From a bacterium (lineage in GTDB: Bacteria > UBA8248): 64,000 nt of DNA. The stretch covers positions 1,216,001-1,280,000 of the forward strand of contig OZ241996.1 of NCBI GenBank assembly GCA_965204535.1. Reading direction: 5' to 3'. Within the stretch, counting starts at the first letter, position 1, and every line of letters begins with the position of its first letter. Both the position numbers and the translations under genes were made by a program. Shown here one piece after another: positions 55,040 to 64,000 of the stretch. The notes below the pieces were generated by a model. The model searched no databases. It saw only the letters and a list, made by a program, of their open reading frames with translations, and had not been told where the DNA came from.

Positions 55040-56284
55040 TCACCGGGCGGGGAATTTCCACATGGCATCGTTGCCGACCATCTGATCGTAGGAGAAAAGC
55101 GCGACGCCGTCGGAGCCGGCCGTTCGGGCGGCGCGCCATTCGCGCCACAGGCCCGCCGGGTTTTTGGTGAACAGGTATGCGCCCAGTCCGATAACGACCC
55201 CGGGTGCATGCGGAGTCGGGGTTTTCACTCTCCTGGCGGCGAGTGCGCTTCGGCTGATTTGAGCGGCCAGATGTACATCCCCGGTATAGTTCATGACCAC
55301 GGCCTTATGGAGAAACCCTTTTTCGAGCCAGCCCCGCCAGTCCTGAAACGAGGATAGATAGGCGCGTTCCGACCAGGGAAGAACTGCAGCAGAAACAATC
55401 ACTTGTCTCCTTAAACCTATGGTGGTTTCATAAACACCGCGAACCGCCGCCGTGACTTGCGCGCGGCGCCAGGCATCCCATGCCGTCGTGTCGGCGCGCT
55501 TCACGCTTGCGCCGGCGCGCGGCGCGGTTTTCCGGGTTTCTTGCGCGAAACGGGCGGCCGAGGCCTCGTTGTAGCCGAAATCGAGACGCGGGGAAAAACG
55601 CGACCCCGGCGATATGGGAAGCGCATAGGGGTAGCGGATGAAATCGAGGTGGACCCCCGCAAGGCGCGGGTAGTTCCGCACGAGGTGCGCCGCGACGTCT
55701 ATGATGCGTTTTCGTACCCCCAAGTTACCTGGATCGAGAAAAATTCCCGGTGTTCCGAGACCAAAGCCTTGTGCCCAAGCGGGTTTTCCCGAAGGTGGAT
55801 ATTCAAGTAGCGAGCGCCCGTATTGATCCTTCAGCACGGCTTCTTTCCCGAGTTCACGAATGATGGGCGCTTTTTTGTTTCTCGCGAGCGCGAATGCGTT
55901 TATCCATGCATGGACCCTGAGCGGGCGCTCGGATTCCTCGCCTCGGGAGGCCAGATCGAGCAACAAGGCCAGCGGGTCTTGCCCGGCGCGTTTAGCGGGA
56001 GAGTCATCGGCCAACGACGTTGCGAACCACGCGCGGCCCGAGCGGTAGACCTGCGCGTAGATGTCCGTAACGCCGGCGGCGCGCGCGCGCTTTACCAGTG
56101 CCTTGATTTTATCTGCGCTGTCCAAGGTTCTGTTCGCGCCTTCCGCCTGCACCCAAAGGCCGACTTCGAAAGATTTGGGCGCGAAGTGGCGCACGAGAAA
56201 ATTCTCGTGAAACGAAGAACATCCAGAAACCAGGAGCGCGATGAGCAAGAGACAGGGCGCGCCTGTGCGGGGGAATCGATTCAT
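55040..56284 (-). CDS. Glycoside hydrolase family 10-like (YddW/DigH type) lipoprotein
   Basis: Lipobox LVSGC; DPL, VHAWIN, LDPG, GVHLDFIRYP, QDWRGW. Confidence 0.82.
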   Translation of the reverse strand: MNRFPRTGAPCLLLIALLVSGCSSFHENFLVRHFAPKSFEVGLWVQAEGANRTLDSADKIKALVKRARAAGVTDIYAQVYRSGRAWFATSLADDSPAKRAGQDPLALLLDLASRGEESERPLRVHAWINAFALARNKKAPIIRELGKEAVLKDQYGRSLLEYPPSGKPAWAQGFGLGTPGIFLDPGNLGVRKRIIDVAAHLVRNYPRLAGVHLDFIRYPYALPISPGSRFSPRLDFGYNEASAARFAQETRKTAPRAGASVKRADTTAWDAWRRAQVTAAVRGVYETTIGLRRQVIVSAAVLPWSERAYLSSFQDWRGWLEKGFLHKAVVMNYTGDVHLAAQISRSALAARRVKTPTPHAPGVVIGLGAYLFTKNPAGLWREWRAARTAGSDGVALFSYDQMVGNDAMWKFPAR

Positions 56285-56429
56285 GCGGGATTTTCCGCGG
56301 GCGGGAACAGATGCGCACAAACTACACTTTGCGCCGGGGGGAGGTCAACGGAAAACCCAAGGATTCGAGAAAAAAGTGTCGTCGATTTTCTCCATCGTCC
56401 CTTTATATGCCATCCGGTTTTTCTCTTTT

Positions 56430-56852
56430 TCAGCGCCCCAGAATCTGCTCTAAGAGAATATCCACCTCCGTAGGATATCCTCTTCTCTCCCGCATTCTTT
56501 CCCGCATCGTCAGCACGACACCGGTAATCGCCTGGTCCTGCATCTTCCGCTCGAAATTCGTTGCCGTCGGAGGTAGTGCATTTTCCATTTCTTTGATTAT
56601 GTCATGCATTAAAACGGTTTCCCTGATTTCCCACTTCAGATTGTTGATCTGTTGTCTGTCTGTAGAACTTATACCGAGAGTTTTCTCGATATTGGTACTT
56701 ACCGCCCATCCTTTCATTGACTCATCTCGATAGAGATAGCCGACGCGCTCACCATTGATGTGGACGTATATTTCTTTTCTCTTGGAGCCTTGAAAGATAC
56801 ACGCCTTCGTAAACGTAACTTGTGAACGCATGGATTCTTCTTCCTTTCTCAT
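56430..56852 (-). CDS. Hypothetical protein, visibly lower GC than its neighbours
   Basis: 140-aa ORF filling the gap between two genes; no motif recognised; start may be 56831. Confidence 0.5.
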   Translation of the reverse strand: MRKEEESMRSQVTFTKACIFQGSKRKEIYVHINGERVGYLYRDESMKGWAVSTNIEKTLGISSTDRQQINNLKWEIRETVLMHDIIKEMENALPPTATNFERKMQDQAITGVVLTMRERMRERRGYPTEVDILLEQILGR

Positions 56853-56903
56853 TCGGGAATGAATGCCGCGCGAACGAGCGCCTTCGCGCGGTCTCCATTC
56901 CCG

Positions 56904-57464
56904 CTACTCGGCGTTCAGCGCTCGTTTTGTCGCCGAGGCTGCTTCGGCCAGCGCTTCTTGTTCCGCCTCGGGCATGGCCTCGCCCTGAATTTCACGGTAT
57001 GCCTCGATAGCGTTTTGGGTCGATATCCCTCCCTCGAGCGCGTCCCAGCCGGCCAGCGCCGCGCCCAGGTGAGCCGCTTCGGGCGCTGCGGCGTGCTTCG
57101 AGGCGATGGCGTCGATATCCACCGAGGCGATGCGGATATCGCGGCCATGGATGGTGCTTTGCATGTTGAGAACGAGGACGCCGCCCGGTTTGAGCGCATT
57201 GCCCATCGGAGGCACGACGGCGAGGAGGGGGTCGCAGACGATTTCCAGATCGTATTCCGCCGGGATGGCGAGGTCGGACAGTTGTTCGCGTGAAATTTTC
57301 ACCACGGCTCGGTCGGGAGAACCCGGGGGAGAGGGAAAGCCGGGCGTGCGCACCTGGGCGGAGAACTCGGCCTGGTTGGCTGCGCCGGCGAAGATGCGCG
57401 CCGTGCTCAGGAAAAGAGCCTCCCCGCCGATTTCGCGTCTTCCATGAAAACAAACCACGCGCAT
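56904..57464 (-). CDS. Orphan, degenerate 2-oxoacid:ferredoxin oxidoreductase gamma-subunit-like protein
   Basis: FHGR...GG, G.P..A.V.IS, D..IV.DP, LKPGG.LVLN, D...IA, LGAA pattern resembles PorC/KorC. Confidence 0.6.
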   Translation of the reverse strand: MRVVCFHGRREIGGEALFLSTARIFAGAANQAEFSAQVRTPGFPSPPGSPDRAVVKISREQLSDLAIPAEYDLEIVCDPLLAVVPPMGNALKPGGVLVLNMQSTIHGRDIRIASVDIDAIASKHAAAPEAAHLGAALAGWDALEGGISTQNAIEAYREIQGEAMPEAEQEALAEAASATKRALNAE

Positions 57465-57547
57465 GTTGTATTCCCGTTCTCAAGGAGAAAAAACACAAAC
57501 CCTTCAACTGCCATATCAAATACGAAGTTTCTTTTCCATGTTTCAAG

Positions 57548-57576
57548 TTGACATCGAAAACGCGCGCTCGCAATAT
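57548..57576 (+). promoter_or_regulatory. Putative sigma70 promoter of the miaB operon
   Basis: TTGACA-N17-CAATAT. Confidence 0.45.
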
Positions 57577-57658
57577 GGCCCCAGGGAATTTCCCCAATAC
57601 CTGCGTTTCCGAAGTTTCTCCTCGCGTGGGCAGTGGAGCAAAAAATGGAGAGTGCGGT

Positions 57659-59053
57659 TTGAGCAAGAAGTTCAAGATATTCACATACGGCTGCCAGATG
57701 AACCGCTACGATACCGAGACGATTACCGGGTATCTGGAGGCCGAAGGGTATGAGGAGACCGAATCGAACGAAGCGGCCGACCTCATCCTGCTGAACACCT
57801 GCTCGATTCGCGACAAGGCGGAGCAGAAGGTCTATAGCCAGCTCGGGCGTCTCGACAAGCTCAAAAAATTGAATCCCGCTCTCAAAGTCGGCGTGTGCGG
57901 CTGTTTCGCCACGCGTGACGGGGAGGCGATTGCGAAGCGCGGCAAGGCGGTCGACCTCGTCTTCGGCACCCAGAACATCGCCAAGCTCCCGATGCTGCTT
58001 GAGGAGATGGAAGAGCGCCGGGTGGTCGATACCGAGCCGATACCGCCCGATTTTACCGAACTCGCTCCGATGGTGCGCGGCGGCGGCCTGAACGCCTTCG
58101 TGAGCATCGCGCGCGGCTGCGATAATTTCTGCACCTTCTGCGTCGTGCCCTACACGCGCGGACCCGAGTGGAGCAAGCCGAGCGAACTCATCGTGGACGA
58201 AGTCGAGCGCGCGGTGGGGGAGGGCTTTCGCGAGGTCACCCTCCTCGGCCAGAACGTGAACTCCTACGGCCGCAAGTCCCCGGATGAGCTTACCTTCGGC
58301 GGTCTGCTGAGGCGTCTGAACGAGGTGGACGACCTCGAGCGCATCCGCTTCATGACGTCGCATCCCAAGGATTGCGATGAGGACATGGTCGACGCGATGG
58401 GGGAATCCCCAAAAGTGTGCGAGCACCTTCATCTTCCGGTTCAATCGGGGGCGGACGCGGTGCTCGCGCGCATGGAGCGCGGCTATACGGCGGAGGAATA
58501 TCTCGAAAAAGTCTCTCTCTTCCGGGAGCGCGTGAAGGACGGCGTGTTGACTTCCGACGTCATCATCGGCTTCCCCGGCGAGCGGGATGCCGATTTCGAG
58601 GATACGCTCCGCGTCTTGCGCGAGGCGCGTTACGACAACATCTATATGTTCAAATACTCCCCCCGGCCCGGAACGCCCGCGTTCGACATGGAAGATACCC
58701 TGCCCGAGGAAGTACTGTCGGAGCGCTTCGAGGAGGCCAGCCGGGTGCAGCGCGAGGTGACGGAGAATCTGCATGCGGAGCTCGTCGGGAGCAGCCAGCA
58801 GGTGATGGTCGAGAGCGCGGTGAAGCCCAAGAGCGCACCCGCCGGATGCGCGGGCTGCCCTGATTTTGCGGATGAGCGGGACTCGAACTGGTTTGCGGGT
58901 CGCAGTCGAGGCAATCACAGGGTACAATTATATGCGGAGGGTTTTACGCCCGAGCCTGGAGACGTGGTCGAGGTGAAAATCATGAGGGGCGGCATTCACT
59001 CTCTGGCGGGCGTCTCGCCGCCAAGCGCCGCGGCGATGGAGGAAGGGGAATGA
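57659..59053 (+). CDS. miaB: tRNA-i6A37 methylthiotransferase (radical SAM)
   Basis: TYGCQMN, NTCSIRDKAEQK, GCDNFCTFCVVPYTRG, LLGQNVNSY, TSHP, YSPRPGT, TRAM domain; TTG after GGAGAG. Confidence 0.95.
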   Translation: MSKKFKIFTYGCQMNRYDTETITGYLEAEGYEETESNEAADLILLNTCSIRDKAEQKVYSQLGRLDKLKKLNPALKVGVCGCFATRDGEAIAKRGKAVDLVFGTQNIAKLPMLLEEMEERRVVDTEPIPPDFTELAPMVRGGGLNAFVSIARGCDNFCTFCVVPYTRGPEWSKPSELIVDEVERAVGEGFREVTLLGQNVNSYGRKSPDELTFGGLLRRLNEVDDLERIRFMTSHPKDCDEDMVDAMGESPKVCEHLHLPVQSGADAVLARMERGYTAEEYLEKVSLFRERVKDGVLTSDVIIGFPGERDADFEDTLRVLREARYDNIYMFKYSPRPGTPAFDMEDTLPEEVLSERFEEASRVQREVTENLHAELVGSSQQVMVESAVKPKSAPAGCAGCPDFADERDSNWFAGRSRGNHRVQLYAEGFTPEPGDVVEVKIMRGGIHSLAGVSPPSAAAMEEGE

Positions 59054-59613
59054 TGATCGAGATGAAAGTCAAGGGCCTCACGCTCGATCCGCACACCAAC
59101 GTGCCGATTGTGGTGCTGCGCGAGACCGAAGGCGATCGAGCGCTGCCCATCTGGGTGGGTATTTTCGAGGCGCACGCCATCGCGCGCGAGATTGAGAGCT
59201 TCGAGACGCCGCGTCCGATGACCCACGATCTGATCAAGAACATGATCAACGACTTGAAGGGCCGGGTGGATAAAATCCTCATCAACGATCTGCGGGACAA
59301 CACATTTTTCGCCGAGATTCATCTTGCCGTAAACGGATCGGAAATCGTCGTCGATTCGAGACCTTCCGACGCCATCGCGGTAGCCCTTCGCATGGGCAGC
59401 CCCATTTTCGTGGAGGAGAAGGTGCTCGAGGAGGCGAAGAGCATCCAGTTCAACGAAGAGGAAGTGAAAGAGGGCGTCTCCGGGATGGAGGCGGGCAGCG
59501 GAGAAGACGCGCCCCCCGAGTCGGAAAAGCCATTGGAGGAAGAGCCCGAGGACATCAAGGAGTGGCTCAAGGACCTCAAGCCCGATGATTTCCTGAAAGA
59601 GGACAACAACTAA
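59050..59613 (+). CDS. Bifunctional nuclease family protein (DUF151)
   Basis: LPIWVG.FEA.AI, RPMTHDL, DSRPSDAIA.ALR. Confidence 0.92.
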   Translation: MMIEMKVKGLTLDPHTNVPIVVLRETEGDRALPIWVGIFEAHAIAREIESFETPRPMTHDLIKNMINDLKGRVDKILINDLRDNTFFAEIHLAVNGSEIVVDSRPSDAIAVALRMGSPIFVEEKVLEEAKSIQFNEEEVKEGVSGMEAGSGEDAPPESEKPLEEEPEDIKEWLKDLKPDDFLKEDNN

Positions 59614-59656
59614 GGCGAGGCTCGCCCGGGCGTCGCCCCCACCGGAGTTTTTCGCA

Positions 59657-60304
59657 TTGCTTCTCTATCTCTTGCGGCACGGCGAGACGGACTGGAACGT
59701 CGAACAGCGCATCCAGGGCGTCTCCGATACGGCGCTCAACGACGTAGGCGTAGCGCAGGCCGAAGCGCTCGCCTGCGCGCTGCGCGGCCGCCCGATCGCT
59801 TGCGTCTACGCGAGTCCGCTCAGGCGCGCGAGGCGCACCGCCGAAATCGTCGCGCGAGCTCTCGACGCGCCCCTGCTCGAGGAGGCGGGAATCGCCGAGT
59901 TGAACCAGGGTGAACTCGAGGGAGAGCCTTTTCGCAGACTCCCCGAGACGCACCCCGATTTCATGCGCGTATGGCGGGACCATCCCGCCCGCGCGCGCAT
60001 GCCGGGCGGCGAGACGCTCCCGGAGTTGCAGGAGAGGGCCTGGGCCACGATGGAGCGCTTCCTCGCAGCGCATGAAGATGAAGTCATCGCGGCGGTGAGC
60101 CACAATCTGGCGATCATCATGATCCTGTGCAGGATTCTGGGCGTGGAGCTCGACGGATTCCGGCGGATACGTCAGCACAACGCCGCCATGAACATCATCG
60201 AGCATTCGCCCGAGCGGGGCTGGAGCGTCGTGACGATGAACTCCCTGGCGCACCTTCAGGACGCGCCCGTCTCGGAGCGGAATCCATATCAGCCCTATAT
60301 CTGA
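59657..60304 (+). CDS. Histidine phosphatase (phosphoglycerate mutase/PspA/CobC family)
   Basis: RHGET.WN, SPL.RA..TA, E...G..EG, PGGE, VSH. Confidence 0.9.
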   Translation: MLLYLLRHGETDWNVEQRIQGVSDTALNDVGVAQAEALACALRGRPIACVYASPLRRARRTAEIVARALDAPLLEEAGIAELNQGELEGEPFRRLPETHPDFMRVWRDHPARARMPGGETLPELQERAWATMERFLAAHEDEVIAAVSHNLAIIMILCRILGVELDGFRRIRQHNAAMNIIEHSPERGWSVVTMNSLAHLQDAPVSERNPYQPYI

Positions 60305-60331
60305 GGATGTGCCGCGGGGGAACTGCGCGGC

Positions 60332-60523
60332 TCAGTCGTAGTCCTTGCCCTCGGGGTCGGAGACGTTCCGGTAGTAGTCCTGAATGTCGTCGACGAGGCG
60401 GTCGACCTCGGTTTCCGGTTTTTTCCGCTTGGGCGCCAGATAGCGGTGCAGCAGATAAAAAGCGATGAACCCCAGGAAAAAGCCCAGAGCCGCGCCGTCG
60501 AGGAATGTCTGGTATCCGCCCAT
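60332..60523 (-). CDS. Small single-TM hypothetical protein (63 aa)
   Basis: TM GAALGFFLGFIAFYLL then charged tail; GGAG RBS; own promoter TTGACA (60583-60588)-N18-TAAGGT (60559-60564) on the minus strand. Confidence 0.6.
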   Translation of the reverse strand: MGGYQTFLDGAALGFFLGFIAFYLLHRYLAPKRKKPETEVDRLVDDIQDYYRNVSDPEGKDYD

Positions 60524-60707
60524 CGGAACGCTCCGCCCATAATGTCGTGTATGGACTCACCTTAGCTTCGGGGGCGTTTGCCTGTCAACTGAATGGAGGG
60601 TTAGGCCGTTTCGCCGGGAAGCGTTAAAGTGCAAGGATGAATGACGGAAGAGCAGTCCGTGCATCGCCGGATGGCTGCAGACTTGAAATCCATGAAAGAG
60701 TATTGCA

Positions 60708-62843
60708 ATGAGCGCGCGCGAGCACAGGACATACACGATCAAGCGTCCCGCGACTTCGCCCGCGCGGCGTAAGGCGTATGAGGATAAGCTCAACCCCCAG
60801 CAATTAGAGGTCGTAATGGCGGGCGGGGGGCCGCTTCTCGTCATCGCGGGCGCAGGCAGCGGGAAGACGCACACCATCACCTACCGCCTCGCGCGCCTCG
60901 TGGAAGACGGCGTCGCGCCCGAATCGATCCTCCTCGTCACCTTCACGAACAAGGCCGCGCGCGAGATGCTGCACCGGGCCGCCTCCTTAATCCAGACCGA
61001 CGCGCGGCGCGTCTGGGGCGGCACGTTCCACCACGTGGGGAATCTGATACTCAGGCGATACGGTAATCTCATCGGCTACGGGCCGAGTTTCACCATCCTG
61101 GACCGCGAGGACGCTGCCGACCTCGTGACCGAGTGCATCCGCCTCGCCGGGTTCGACCCGAAGGAGAAGTATTTCCCGAGAGGCCGCGTACTGGAGTCGA
61201 TTTTCGCCTTGGCCGCCGATACCGACCGCGGCGTTGCGGAGACGGTGCTCAGTCGTTATTCGTATCTGGTGGACCGCGTGGGCGAGATAGAGCAAATCGC
61301 CGCCCACTACGAGGAGCGCAAAAAAGAGCTTCAGGCGGTGGATTTCTCTGGACTCCTCTCCCTCACGCGGGATTTGCTCGCGGAAAACGAAGAAGTCAGA
61401 CGGGAACTCCAGACCCGTTTTCGCTACATCCTCGTGGATGAATACCAGGACACGAACAAGGTGCAGGCCGACCTAGTGGACCTCCTCGCCGGAGCGCAGA
61501 AAAACGTCACCGTGGTAGGCGATGACGCGCAGAGTATCTACAGCTTCCGGGGTGCGCATTTCGAGAACATCATCACCTTTCCGGAGCGATACCCCGACGC
61601 CAGACTCTTCCGCCTGGAAGAGAACTACCGGAGCACGGCCAACATCCTGTCGCTCGCCAACGCCTCCATCGCCCACAACAGGCGCCAGTTCGAAAAAAGC
61701 CTGAAGACCACGCGCGGCGAGGGGATGAAGCCCGCCCTCGTGGCCGCGCGCGACGCCATGCAGCAGGCGGATTTCGTGGTCGACCGCACGCTGGCGCTGC
61801 GCGATGAGGATGACGTTCCGCTCTCCCAGATCGCGGTGCTCTACCGGGCGCACTACCACTCGATGGAGCTTCAAATGGAGCTTACCCGCCGGGGCATTCC
61901 CTTCGAGATCAGGAGCGGGCTTCGCTTTTTCGAGCAACGCCACATCAAGGACGTGACGGCCTTCTTGAGGCTCGTGAGTTCCCCGGCGGACGAGTTGGCC
62001 TGGAAGCGCGCGCTCAAGCTCCTTCCCGGCGTGGGAGACGTGACGGCGCACAGGGTCTGGGAGCAGGTGAGGATATGGGAGGAACCTTTCTCATTTCTCG
62101 AAAGCGGCAGCGTGGGTTCCCTCCCCGGGAACGCGCGCGTGAGTTTCGAGATTTTCAGAAAACTGGTCGTCGATCTGACGGGCGCGCCCCGCGCCGCCGC
62201 GGGAGAGAAGCCGTCCGCCCTGCCGCCGACGGAGATGATCAACCTCGTGCTGGATCGCTTCTATCAGGAATACGTCGAGAACACCTTCGAAGATGCAGAG
62301 GCGCGCATCGAGGACGTGCGCCAGCTCGCGGAATACGCTGTGCAGTACGACGGGGCGACGGCGTTTCTCTCGGAACTGGCGCTCATGGGAACGGCTGCCG
62401 CAGCCAGTCCTGCGACGTCTGGCGAGGAAGACGAGCCGGACGAGTCGATGGTCCTGACCTCGGTTCACCAGGCGAAGGGACTGGAGTGGAAAGTGGTGTT
62501 CCTCATCTGGCTCACCGACACGCGTTTCCCCTCGACGCGCTCCCTGACGGACCCTGAGGGTGAGGAGGAGGAGAGGCGGCTTTTCTACGTCGCCCTCACG
62601 CGCGCGAAGGATGAACTCTACATGTGCCAGCCCATGCTCGAGAGCGAGAAGTGGAACATGGGCGCGTTCTCACGTCTTTCGAGATACGTGGAGGAATTGC
62701 CTGAGCAACTCTATGAACGCTGGCTGCTCGAAGAAGAGGCGATAGGGGCGCCGCAGGAGGAAGACGCTTCAGAGCCCGCCTCGCGTCCCGCCGATCCCGA
62801 TGAGCCGGACGGCCTGCGGTATGAATACGATGCGGATGCTTGA
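60708..62843 (+). CDS. UvrD/PcrA/Rep family SF1A helicase
   Basis: AGAGSGKT, TFTNKAA.EM, VDEYQD, GDDAQSIYSFRGA, NYRST, HQAKGLE, EERRLFYVALTRA. Confidence 0.95.
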   Translation: MSAREHRTYTIKRPATSPARRKAYEDKLNPQQLEVVMAGGGPLLVIAGAGSGKTHTITYRLARLVEDGVAPESILLVTFTNKAAREMLHRAASLIQTDARRVWGGTFHHVGNLILRRYGNLIGYGPSFTILDREDAADLVTECIRLAGFDPKEKYFPRGRVLESIFALAADTDRGVAETVLSRYSYLVDRVGEIEQIAAHYEERKKELQAVDFSGLLSLTRDLLAENEEVRRELQTRFRYILVDEYQDTNKVQADLVDLLAGAQKNVTVVGDDAQSIYSFRGAHFENIITFPERYPDARLFRLEENYRSTANILSLANASIAHNRRQFEKSLKTTRGEGMKPALVAARDAMQQADFVVDRTLALRDEDDVPLSQIAVLYRAHYHSMELQMELTRRGIPFEIRSGLRFFEQRHIKDVTAFLRLVSSPADELAWKRALKLLPGVGDVTAHRVWEQVRIWEEPFSFLESGSVGSLPGNARVSFEIFRKLVVDLTGAPRAAAGEKPSALPPTEMINLVLDRFYQEYVENTFEDAEARIEDVRQLAEYAVQYDGATAFLSELALMGTAAAASPATSGEEDEPDESMVLTSVHQAKGLEWKVVFLIWLTDTRFPSTRSLTDPEGEEEERRLFYVALTRAKDELYMCQPMLESEKWNMGAFSRLSRYVEELPEQLYERWLLEEEAIGAPQEEDASEPASRPADPDEPDGLRYEYDADA

Positions 62844-62955
62844 GCGCTTGTTCGCCGCCGCCGCTTCGCGCTATGATTTTTCCCCGAATCCCAGTCATGA
62901 TTAACCGTCATATATAGGATAGAAATTCATATCATTCGCCGTCATCAATGGAGGA

Positions 62956-63771
62956 ATGAGATTCGTGTCGGAACTGAAGGAATACGCGCCGGGGAGTTTT
63001 TGCTGGGCCGATCTGGTGGTGAAGGAGGTGGACGTCGCCAAGGATTTCTATATGTCCCTGTTCGGCTGGACGTTCGAGGATAGGCCCGTGATGGAGGAAG
63101 CCGTCTACACCATCTTCTCGAAAGAGGGAAAACAGGTATGCGCCATGTTCGAGATGTTTCCGGGAATGCTCGAAAGCGGCCATCCCTCTTTCTGGCAGAG
63201 CTACGTGTCGGTCGAGAGCGTGGATGAAACCGTAAAAAGAGCGACCGAGCTCGGCGGCCAAGCCGCCCAGGAGCCGTGCGACGTGCTCGACGCAGGGCGC
63301 ATGGCGATGATCCGCGACCCCGGCGAGGCTTTCCTGTGTCTCTGGCAGCCCAAGGCGCACAAGGGCGCCGACGTCATGGGCGAGCCGGGCGCGCTCAACT
63401 GGAACGAACTGCTCACGAAAGACGTTGGGCGTACGGGCGCTTTCTATGCCGACCTGTTCGGCTGGACGAGCACGGTGACGCCCAACCCCTCTGGCGGGGA
63501 CTACACGGTGTTCATGAGCGGGGAGGAGCCGCGCGCGGGGATGCTCGAACTTACGCCCGAGATGGGCGGGATGCCCCCGCACTGGGGGGTGTATTTCGGC
63601 GTGGAGAATTTCGACGCAGTGCTCGAGAAGGCAATCGGCCTGGGCGGGCAGGGCACGTTTCCCCCGATGGATATTCCCGACGTGGGCAGAATCGGCGGGA
63701 TCATGGACCCGCAGGGGGCGCGCTTCACGGCGATGGAATCAGCGATGGCGTCTGCGAGTAGTGGTGATTGA
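62956..63771 (+). CDS. VOC/glyoxalase family protein, two domains (CFP32-like)
   Basis: PG.FCW.DL, FY..LFGW twice, DP.G, WNEL, W.VYF.V. Confidence 0.88.
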   Translation: MRFVSELKEYAPGSFCWADLVVKEVDVAKDFYMSLFGWTFEDRPVMEEAVYTIFSKEGKQVCAMFEMFPGMLESGHPSFWQSYVSVESVDETVKRATELGGQAAQEPCDVLDAGRMAMIRDPGEAFLCLWQPKAHKGADVMGEPGALNWNELLTKDVGRTGAFYADLFGWTSTVTPNPSGGDYTVFMSGEEPRAGMLELTPEMGGMPPHWGVYFGVENFDAVLEKAIGLGGQGTFPPMDIPDVGRIGGIMDPQGARFTAMESAMASASSGD

Positions 63772-63852
63772 TTTTTCATGGCCGTGAAACGCCCGCCATC
63801 GACAGCGCAAGGGCGCGCCAAACGGCTTATTTCGACAGGAGTGTGAAAACGC

Positions 63853-64000
63853 ATGAACTATAAAACCATCGACCCCGCCGGTAACCACTGGCGGCAGAAC
63901 TACCGCCTGCTCGTCGGCTCCGTCGTGCCGAGGCCCATCGCCTGGGTGAGCACCATCAGTGCTGACGGCTACGCGAACCTCGCCCCCTTCAGCTTCTTCA
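63853..64000 (+). CDS. Flavin reductase-like protein, 3'-truncated by window edge
   Basis: Hand translation MNYKTIDPAGNHWRQNYRLLVGSVVPRPIAWVSTISADGYANLAPFSFF; paralog of 7486-8109. Confidence 0.85.
   Translation, partial: MNYKTIDPAGNHWRQNYRLLVGSVVPRPIAWVSTISADGYANLAPFSFF

Noticed and set aside
57290-57658. 123-aa N-terminal extension of MiaB
   Set aside because: It overlaps the opposite-strand gene and the promoter. The family begins at TTG 57659, after GGAGAG.
60708-62843. UvrD helicase as part of an anti-phage defence system
   Set aside because: An ordinary PcrA-like protein with host-like composition. No adjacent OLD/TOPRIM nuclease or other defence gene.

Overview
GC-rich bacterial chromosomal window, densely coding. 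I found no rRNA, tRNA, CRISPR array, integrase or transposase. It is mostly transport and catabolic genes plus a few housekeeping genes (ilvC, hup, miaB, a uvrD/pcrA helicase). Main blocks in order: (1) peptide-type ABC binding protein, permease and an HDAC-family deacetylase; (2) a TetR-HtrA-CopA-CopZ operon with a visible promoter/operator; (3) a DUF3090 + SCO1664 kinase-like pair; (4) a catabolic island with a split UxaA/SuyAB-like lyase, two Ldh_2 dehydrogenases, an atypical Zn-dehydrogenase, an atypical SDR and an OYE; (5) a Liv-type ABC transporter converging on a hydrolase, an SDR and a protein with three fused Rid domains; (6) a delta-9-type desaturase with a long Ala-rich helical tail; (7) an 11-gene variant cytochrome c maturation operon (CcmE CPSKF, CcmH without CxxC, two extra genes, an unannotated ccmD); (8) a REP doublet; (9) a Fbp/Pot-type ABC transporter with two ATPases, a CapA-like metallophosphoesterase and a 1533-bp tandem duplication of the binding-protein gene. 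Four complete small ORFs and one edge-truncated ORF missing from the supplied track were translated by hand. All family calls come from recognising motifs by eye. No database search was run, and several start codons were re-chosen from RBS context.
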